This document shows positions 60,501 to 64,000 of a stretch of DNA of 64,000 nucleotides, in pieces. The notes beneath the pieces are model-generated. The model was not told the origin of the DNA and searched no databases. It worked only from the letters and a program-made list of their open reading frames with translations. Source of the stretch: Spirochaetia bacterium. GTDB lineage: Bacteria; Spirochaetota; Spirochaetia; SZUA-6; Bin103. The stretch is from positions 1,088,001-1,152,000 of the forward strand of contig CBDBOV010000006.1 of NCBI GenBank assembly GCA_965208575.1. The letters are read 5' to 3'. The stretch's first letter is position 1. The number at the start of each line of letters is the position of its first letter. Position numbers and translations under genes: made by a program.

Positions 60501-63500
60501 GACTGGTCGGCCACCTTGAACGCGAAGCTCGCTCGTCCGTTCCAGTTCGCCACCGGCGTGAACGTCAGCGTCCCCAGGTTGCCGCGCGCGATCAGGTCGT
60601 TCGCCGTCACCGCGCTGCCGTTCAGCGCCAGCGCGCCTGCCGTGCCCGCCGGCAGCGTCACCACCCGCACCGCCTTCAGGCGGTCACCGGTGTCCGGGTC
60701 GCTGAACACTCCCGCGAATTGCGCCGCCGTGAACGCCAGCGCCGTGTCCTCCGCCGTGCTCACGTGCAGCGCACCCGCTGCCGGCGCGTCGACCACCGCC
60801 GTCACGGTCACCGTCGCCGTGGCCGCCGCCGACTCCGCGTCCGACTGGTCGGCCACCTTGAACGTGAAGCTCGCAGCTCCCGCGTAGTTGGCCGCCGGCG
60901 TGAACGTCAGCGCCCCCAGCGAGCCGTGCACGATCAGGTCGTTCGCCGTCACCGCCGTCCCGCTCAGCGCCAGCGCCCCGTGCCCGGCCGCCGGCAGCGT
61001 CACCACCTTCACGGCCTTCAGGCTGTCCCCGGTGTCCGCGTCCGTGAACACCCCCTCGAACGGCGCCGCCGTGAACGCCAGCGCCGTGTCCTCCGCCGTG
61101 CTCACCCCCAGCGCACTTGCCACCGGCGCATCGGCCACCGCCGTAACGGTCACCGTCGCGGTGGCCGCGGCAGACTCGGCGTCCGCCCGATCCACCACCT
61201 TGAAGGTGAAGGTCGCAGCTCCGTGCCAGTTCGCCACCGGCGTGAACGTCAACGTCCCGAGGTCGGCTTGCGCGATCTTCCGGTTCACCGTCACCGCCGT
61301 CCCGTTCAGCGCCAGCGCGCCCGCCGCGCCCGCCGGCAGGGTCACCACCCGCACCGCCTTCAGGCGGTCGCCGGTGTCCGCGTCCGTGAACACGCCCTCG
61401 AACTGCGCCGCCGTGAACGTCAGCGCCGTGTCCTCCGCCGTGCTCACCCCCAGCACACCCGCCGCCGGTGCGTCGTTCGCCGCGCTCACCGTAATCGTCG
61501 CCGTGGCCGCCGCCGACTCGGCGTCCGACTGGTCGGCCACCTTGAACGTGAAACTCGCCGCTCCGTGCCAGTTCGCCACCGGCGTGAACGTCAGGCTCCC
61601 CAGATCCGCCTTCACCACCTTCCCGTTCGCGGTAACCGCCGTCCCGTTCAGCGCCAGCATCCCGTGCGCCGCCGCCGGCAGGGTCACCACCCGCACCGCC
61701 TTCAGGCGGTCGCCGGTGTCCGCGTCCGTGAACACGCCCTCGAACTGCGCCGCCGTGAACGTCAACGCCGTGTCCTCCGCCGTGCTCACCCCCAGCGCAC
61801 CCGCCGCCGGCGTGTCGTTCGCCGCGCTCACCGTAATCGTCGCCGTGGCCGCCGCCGACTCGGCGTCCGACTGGTCGGTCACCTTGAACGTGAAGCTCGC
61901 CTGTCCGCTCCAATGCGCCGCCGGCGTGAACGTCAGCGTCCCCAGGTCACCGCGCGCGATCACCGTGCCGGCCGTCACCGCGGTGCCGTTCAGCGCCAGT
62001 TCGCCCGCGCTCGCCGCCGGCAGGGTCACCACCCGTACCGCCTGCAGGCGGTCGCCGGTATCCTGATCGCTGAACACGCCGTCGAAGTCGGCCGCCGTGA
62101 ACGTCAGCGCCGTGTCCTCGCTCGTGCTCACCCTCAGCGCCGCCGCCGTCGGCGCGTCGTTGGCCGAACCCACCGTGACGGTCGCCTTCGCCGTGGCCGA
62201 AAAGCGGTCGCTCTGGTCGCGCACCTGGAACGTGAAGGTCGCCGCGCCCGTGAAGTGCGCCACCGGCGTGAACGCCAGCGTCTCCAGGTCACCGCGCGCG
62301 ATCACCTCGCCGGCCTTCACCGCGGTTCCGTTCAGCGCCAGCGCGCCCTCCGCCGCCGCCGGCAGGCTGACCACCTTCACCGCCTTCAGGCTGTCGCCGG
62401 CGTCGGGGTCGCTGAACACGCCGTCGAAGTCGGCCGCCGTGAACGTCAGCGCCGTGTCCTCCGCCGTGCTCATGCCGAGCGCGCTCGCGACCGGCGGGTC
62501 GGCCACGGCGGTCACCGTCACGGTCGCGGTCGCCGTCTGCGACTCCTCGTGCTGCTGGTCCACCACCGCGAAGTCGAACCTCGCCGCGCCCGCGAAGTTC
62601 GCCGCCGGCGTGAGCGTCAGCGTCCCCAGGTCACCGCGTGCGATCACCTCGCCGGCCGTCACCGCGGTTCCGTTCAGCGCCAGCGCGCCCTCCGCCGCCG
62701 CCGGCAGGCTGATGACCTTCACCGACTTCAGGCTGTCGCCGGCGTCGGGGTCGCTGAACACGCCGTCGAAGTCGGCCGCCGTGAACGTCAGCGCAGTATC
62801 CTCCGCCGTGCTCCTGGCGAGCGGACTCGCCGCCGGCGCGTCATTGGCCGACTCGATCGTGATGGTGGCGGTCGCGGTGGCCGAGAAGCGGCCGCCCGGG
62901 TCGCTCACCTGGAAGCCGAACGTCGCCTTGCCCGCGTAGTCGGCCGCCGGCGTGAACGTCAGGTCGTCGAATTTCGTCTCGATCACGTCGCCGGCCGTCA
63001 CGGCGGTGCCGTCCAGCGCCAGCGCGCCCTGCGCCGCCGCCGGCAGCGTGACCACCTTCACCGACTTCAGCACGTCGCCGGCGTCCGCGTCCGTGAACAC
63101 CCCCGTGAAGTCGCTCGCCGCGAACCTCAGCACCGTGTCCTCCGCCGTGCTCTTGCGCAGCGCCGCGGCCACGGGCGCGTCGGCCACCGCGGTCACCGTG
63201 ACCGCCGCGGACGCGGCCCACGACTCCGAGTCCGCCTGGTCCACCACCTTGAACGTGAACGTCGCCTGCCCGTTCCAGTTCGCCGCCGGCGTGAACGTCA
63301 GGCTTCCCAGGTCCGCGTGCGCGATGTTCCGGTCCGCCGTCACCGCGCTCCCGCTCACCGCCAGCGCGCCGTGCGTGCCGTCCGGCAGGGTGACCACCTT
63401 CACCGCCTTCAGGCTGTCCCCGGCGTCCGCGTCCGTGAACACGCCTTCGAAGTCGCTCGCCGCGAACGTCAACGCCGTGTCCTCCGCCGTGCTCTTGCGC

Positions 63501-64000
63501 AGCGCCGCGGCCACGGGTGCGTCGTTCACGGCGGTCACGGTGATGGTGGCGCCGGCCGTGGCGGACGCCGTGGCGCTCTGGTCCAGTACCTGGAAGGTGA
63601 ACGGGACGGCGCCCGTGACGTTGGCCTCCGGCTCGAACGTCAGCGTCCCCAGCTTGCTCAGCGCAATCACCTGGTTGGCGCTCACGCCGGCTCCGTTCAG
63701 CTTCAGCGCGCCCTGCGCCGCCGCCGGCAGGCTCACCACCATCACCGCCTTCAGGCTGTCCCCGGCGTCCGCGTCCGTGAACACCCCCGTGAAGTCGCTC
63801 GCCGCGAACGCCAGCGCCGTGTCCTCCGCCGTGCTCACGTTCAGCGCTCCCGCCACCGGCGCGTCGGCCACCGCCGTCACCGTGATCGTGGCCGTCGCCG
63901 CAGCCGACTCCGCGTCCGTCCGGTCCACCACCTTGAACGTGAAGCTCGCCTCCCCGTTCCAGTCCGCCGCCGGCGTGAACACCAGCGACCCCAGGTCACC
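48539..64000 (-). CDS. Giant adhesin (>5,150 aa, 5' end outside the window): cadherin-like tandem repeats, putative Ig, Calx-beta and PKD-like domains, C-terminal autotransporter-like beta-barrel
   Basis: Frame open to the window end; repeats with VNDAP/ADAP, STAEDT, F.D.D.GD, FTP..NW.G.ASFTF; LPGWLTF/GIP Ig domain; PVADAGPDQ...YAWAQ; barrel WTLWGR...LSPRWG...TPFAEVG ending in LRY. Confidence 0.88.
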   Translation of the reverse strand, partial: GDLGSLVFTPAADWNGEASFTFKVVDRTDAESAAATATITVTAVADAPVAGALNVSTAEDTALAFAASDFTGVFTDADAGDSLKAVMVVSLPAAAQGALKLNGAGVSANQVIALSKLGTLTFEPEANVTGAVPFTFQVLDQSATASATAGATITVTAVNDAPVAAALRKSTAEDTALTFAASDFEGVFTDADAGDSLKAVKVVTLPDGTHGALAVSGSAVTADRNIAHADLGSLTFTPAANWNGQATFTFKVVDQADSESWAASAAVTVTAVADAPVAAALRKSTAEDTVLRFAASDFTGVFTDADAGDVLKSVKVVTLPAAAQGALALDGTAVTAGDVIETKFDDLTFTPAADYAGKATFGFQVSDPGGRFSATATATITIESANDAPAASPLARSTAEDTALTFTAADFDGVFSDPDAGDSLKSVKVISLPAAAEGALALNGTAVTAGEVIARGDLGTLTLTPAANFAGAARFDFAVVDQQHEESQTATATVTVTAVADPPVASALGMSTAEDTALTFTAADFDGVFSDPDAGDSLKAVKVVSLPAAAEGALALNGTAVKAGEVIARGDLETLAFTPVAHFTGAATFTFQVRDQSDRFSATAKATVTVGSANDAPTAAALRVSTSEDTALTFTAADFDGVFSDQDTGDRLQAVRVVTLPAASAGELALNGTAVTAGTVIARGDLGTLTFTPAAHWSGQASFTFKVTDQSDAESAAATATITVSAANDTPAAGALGVSTAEDTALTFTAAQFEGVFTDADTGDRLKAVRVVTLPAAAHGMLALNGTAVTANGKVVKADLGSLTFTPVANWHGAASFTFKVADQSDAESAAATATITVSAANDAPAAGVLGVSTAEDTALTFTAAQFEGVFTDADTGDRLKAVRVVTLPAGAAGALALNGTAVTVNRKIAQADLGTLTFTPVANWHGAATFTFKVVDRADAESAAATATVTVTAVADAPVASALGVSTAEDTALAFTAAPFEGVFTDADTGDSLKAVKVVTLPAAGHGALALSGTAVTANDLIVHGSLGALTFTPAANYAGAASFTFKVADQSDAESAAATATVTVTAVVDAPAAGALHVSTAEDTALAFTAAQFAGVFSDPDTGDRLKAVRVVTLPAGTAGALALNGSAVTANDLIARGNLGTLTFTPVANWNGRASFAFKVADQSDAESAAATATVTVTAVADAPVAGALRVSTAEDKALTFTASDFDGVFSDPDVGDSLKAVKVVNLPAAARGALTLNGAAVGAGDLIARGNLGTLKFAPAEKFTGAATFNFQVRDESGLLSGTATATVTVGSTNDAPEAGALKVSTAEDTALTFTAANFEGVFTDKDSGDSLKSVKVVTLPAGTAGALALDGNAVTTNQVVAHGSLGRLTFTPVGNWHGKASFTFKVVDKSDAESAIATATVTVSAVNDAPAAGALGVSTAEDAVLTFAAAQFDGVFSDPDTGDRLQAVRVVTLPAATAGALTLGDSAVTANDLIARGSLGTLTFTPVESWNGQASFTFKVADQSGAESAAAAATVTVSAANDAPAAGALEVSTAEDTALTFAAAQFDGVFTDADANDSLKAVRVVTLPASTAGALTLGDSAVTANRKIARGSLGTLKFTPVEHWNGAASFTFKVADQSDAESAAATATITVSAANDAPAAGALEVSTAEDTALTFAAAQFDGVFTDPDASDSLKAVRVVTLPAGTAGALALNGSAVTANQKIARGDLGSLTFTPVGNWNGAASFMFKVADQSNAESASATATITVSAANDAPVAGALEVSTSEDTALTFTAAQFAGVFSDADTGDSLKAVRVATLPAATAGALALNGTAVTANRRIVKGDLGSLTFTPVGNWNGAASFTFKVADQSNAESAAATATVTVSAVNDAPVAGALEVSTTEDTALTFTAAQFAGVFSDADTGDSLKAVRVATLPAATAGALALNGTAVTANRRIVKGDLGSLTFTPVGNWNGAASFTFKVADQSNAESAAATATVTVSAVNDAPVAGALEVSTTEDTALTFTAAQFAGVFSDADTGDSLKAVRVVTLPAATAGALALNGTAVRANRRIVKGDLGSLTFTPVGNWNGAASFTFKVADQSNAESASATATVTVSAANDAPVAGALEVSTTEDTALEFTAAHFAGVFSDADTGDSLKAVRVVTLPAATAGALALNGTAVTANQKMAHGSLGTLTFTPAANYAGAASFTFKVVDQSDAESAAATTATVTVSAAGDAPAAGALGVSTAEDTALTFTAAQFAGVFSDPDADDSLKSVKVVTLPAAAHGVLALSGTAVTANRKIVKGDLGSLTFTPVANWHGAASFTFKVADQSDAESAAAEATVTVSAVNDAPAAGALGVSTAEDTALTFTAAQFAGVFTDADTGDSLKAVRVVTLPAATAGALALNGTAVTANRKIVKGDLGSLTFTPVANWHGAASFTFKVVDQSGAESAAASARVTVTAVADAPAAGTLGVSTAEDTALSFTAANFTGVFSDPDAGDSLKAVRVVTLPAAAHGVLALNGTAVTANRKVVKGDLGNLTFTPVANWHGAASFTFKVADQSDADSATATATITVSAVADAPAAGALRVRTAEDTALTFTAAQFAGVFTDADPGDSLKAVRVVTLPAAAHGALALNGTAVTANRKIAKAGLGNLTFTPAANWHGDASFTFKVADQSDAESATATATVTVTAVADAPAAGALHVSTAEDTALTFTAAQFAGVFTDADPGDSLKAVRVVTLPAATAGALSLSGTAVTANRKIAKADLGSLKFTPVANYAGQASFTFKVVDQSDTESAAAAATVTVSAANDAPAASALHVSTAEDTALTFTAAHFDGVFTDTDAGDRLKSVKVVTLPASTAGALTLGGGAVAANQVIARGSLGTLKFAPAANWHGAASFTFKVADRSDAESAVATATVTVTAVADAPAAGALRVSTAEDTALTFQAAHFEGVFTDGDTGDSLKAVRVVTLPAAAAGALALNGTAVTANRTIAKADLGKLTFTPAANWHGAASFTFKVADRSDAESAAATATVTVSAVADAPAAGALRVSTAEDTALTFTAAHFEGVFTDGDTGDSLKAVRVVTLPAAAHGALALNGTAVAANRTIAQADLGTLTFTPVANYAGQASFTFKVADQSDAESAAATATVTVSAVADAPAAGALRVSTAEDTALTFTAAHFTGVFSDPDAGDSLKSVKVVTLPAAAHGALALSGTAVTANRKLAKADLGTLTFTPVANWHGQATFTFKMADQSDAESAAATATVTVSAVADAPTAAALGVSTAEDTALTFTAAQFAGVFTDADTGDSLKAVRVVTLPAAAAGALALNGTAVTANRKIVKTDLGSLTFTPVANYAGDAAFTFKVVDQSDAESAAAATATVTVGAANDAPAASALNVSTAEDTALTFTAAHFEGVFSDPDTGDSLKEVKVVTLPAATAGTLALSGTAVTANRKIVKGDLGSLTFTPVGNWNGQATFTFKVADQSDAESAAATATITVSAVADAPAAGALNVSTAEDTALTFTAAQFTGVFSDADPGDSLKAVKVVTLPAATQGTLTLAGTGVGANQVIANADLGSLKFAPAANYAGTATFGFQVSDGTDRLSGTATATITVSAVADAPAAGALNVSTAEDTALTFTAAQFTGVFSDADPGDSLKAVQVVTLPAAAHGALAVSGTAVSANRNVAHADLGKLTFTPAADWNGDASFTFKVVDQSDAASGAATATVTVSAVADAPAAAALGVSTAEDTALTFTAAHFEGVFSDADPGDRLKAVQVVSLPDAGHGALALNGTAVTANQSVAHADLGTLTFTPAADWNGKAAFTFKLVDQSDAASAAATATVTVTAMADRPGVRPPQLKEEDPGDPPTPADPDAALLTVSTAEDTALTFTAAQFEALFSDPDENDRLKAVRVVTLPSAAHGALALNGTAVTANQSVAHADLGSLTFTPVANWHGDAAFTFKLVDQSDAASGAAAATITVTAVNDAPTATALRLSTAPHVTLTFSASNFEGVFSDVDTGDSLKSVKVVTLPAAAQGTLALSATAVTASQVIAHGDLGSLKFTPAVAFTSSATFTFQVLDQSSAASATATATITATDPNDVPVAPGQIPEQWATQGVAYRYKAPSDLFTDPDGDPLVWSAVVRNVGGQGIEEPGGDLPRANGLLRAYSRSDGGSGAGGDGGADSDSDSGALPGWLTFSGTLHTFDGIPAATDVGITRIRVTATDPEGAFAYAEFNLNVLPPVQVSVSGPAAPVAEGSAALFTVALSRAAPADVTVRWATADGTGDDAATAGSDYTAQAATDVTIAEGQTERVVSVATLTDGEDEDAETFSVQLSAAAGGLPAGVELGTSSAAATIANAPPAPAPKSPSAPGSSPAPGSPPGTPGSPPRSTPYDSQDDRTPRVSLVTPATVREGETSVIAIVLSRPVAHAFTVRWATADGTASAVGGDYQRRAAAVTFTAGATHRTVRVETYADYLEEGTETFLLSLSAPRPLPDGVVLGRTRVTAAIEDNRRPVADAGPDQEVDPGAVVTLDGTSSHDPDDDPITSYAWAQTAGIEVALDDASSAAPTFTAPELPGELTFELVVHAGGLDSLPDEVTVTVRDVAPRFLETVADQTFTAEQKIEPVTLPAATGGNGPLSYELSSKPAGLAGLQFDPATRVLSGTPERGGRLTFTYVAHDADDNRELSDAAVLTFEVTVRDAPYRRILRPVLAAIGRATLYEARAVIGSRFKPAPAGRDAGSLTVAGRQAALGAAARPASDGAQPAEAAPGAWRVADWEREVGPVSSPSTVAELLSDSAFEVPLTAPARPEVDSAAAPGASDTVPYWTLWGRAHRHGFSGEPEPGASYEGDLNTAWVGLEAAAADTTWLAGVAVARTLHGSAEYAVEGGDEPGERGRVGVAVTGMYSYGWYRPSAGAEYSVVLGGGQGEAVHERDGAPSETSAVTLLLGSVGARHGLHALDGRLEVALRGDAGFAHLRTGNGDQALDELTANAVNMRIGVEAAVPLPLGSAQLRPFLEVAGRYDDGDDVTGFGAEVAGGVRLAAERVELEARGRVLAVHTAAGHREHGASVTARLTADSNGHGLSAELSPRWGAPAAAGDVLWQDYLPAPAAGAAEQPASLDGRVGYGVALPGSGGVLTPFAEVGLSDGEAQRVRVGARFNLDRTAGRGLAVELSGERRDTADAPDYQMILEIRLRY
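51850..64000 (-). repeat. About 35 tandem ~342-bp (114-aa) cadherin-like repeats in adhesin 2
   Basis: 342-bp period (e.g. ttgaacgtgaagctcgccgctccgttcc at 57780 and 58122); three nearly identical units at ~57720-58740. Confidence 0.9.

Noticed and set aside
50096-62939. Long plus-strand ORFs (1950, 1078, 591, 566 aa)
   Set aside because: Antisense shadows of adhesin 2 repeats; stop-codon scarcity is expected from its codon bias.

Overview
High-GC (roughly 70% by eye) bacterial chromosome segment. More than half of it is two convergent giant repeat adhesins with homologous C-terminal beta-barrel-like domains: a ~6,000-aa Calx-beta/FN3 protein (16.3-34.5 kb, +) and a >5,150-aa cadherin-like tandem-repeat protein (48.5 kb to the window end, -). 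Left part: 1-Cys peroxiredoxin, a GH151/GHL6-like glycoside hydrolase, a lower-GC three-gene Menshen-like anti-phage cassette (DUF262, DUF3696 ABC ATPase, putative RelE-like effector), a K+ channel, fdhA, apt, and three GT-C membrane glycosyltransferases (ArnT/PMT-like, PIG-B/Alg9-like, TMTC-like with TPRs) transcribed divergently from adhesin 1. Between the adhesins: an unusually ordered heme-copper oxidase operon, a cupredoxin-like lipoprotein, uncharacterised membrane proteins, an acyl-AMP ligase-ACP-acyltransferase fusion, a Calx-beta lipoprotein, a coiled-coil repeat membrane protein, a membrane-anchored LytTR regulator and a sensor-less histidine kinase. The two best candidates for undescribed biology are (1) an A-family oxidase whose subunit I keeps the D-channel and all metal ligands but lacks the K-channel lysine, and (2) a possible bacterial TMTC/PIG-B-type O-mannosylation system acting on the Thr-rich giant adhesins. 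I saw no rRNA, tRNA, CRISPR array, integrase or transposase. All family calls come from motifs recognised by eye; no database searches were run.
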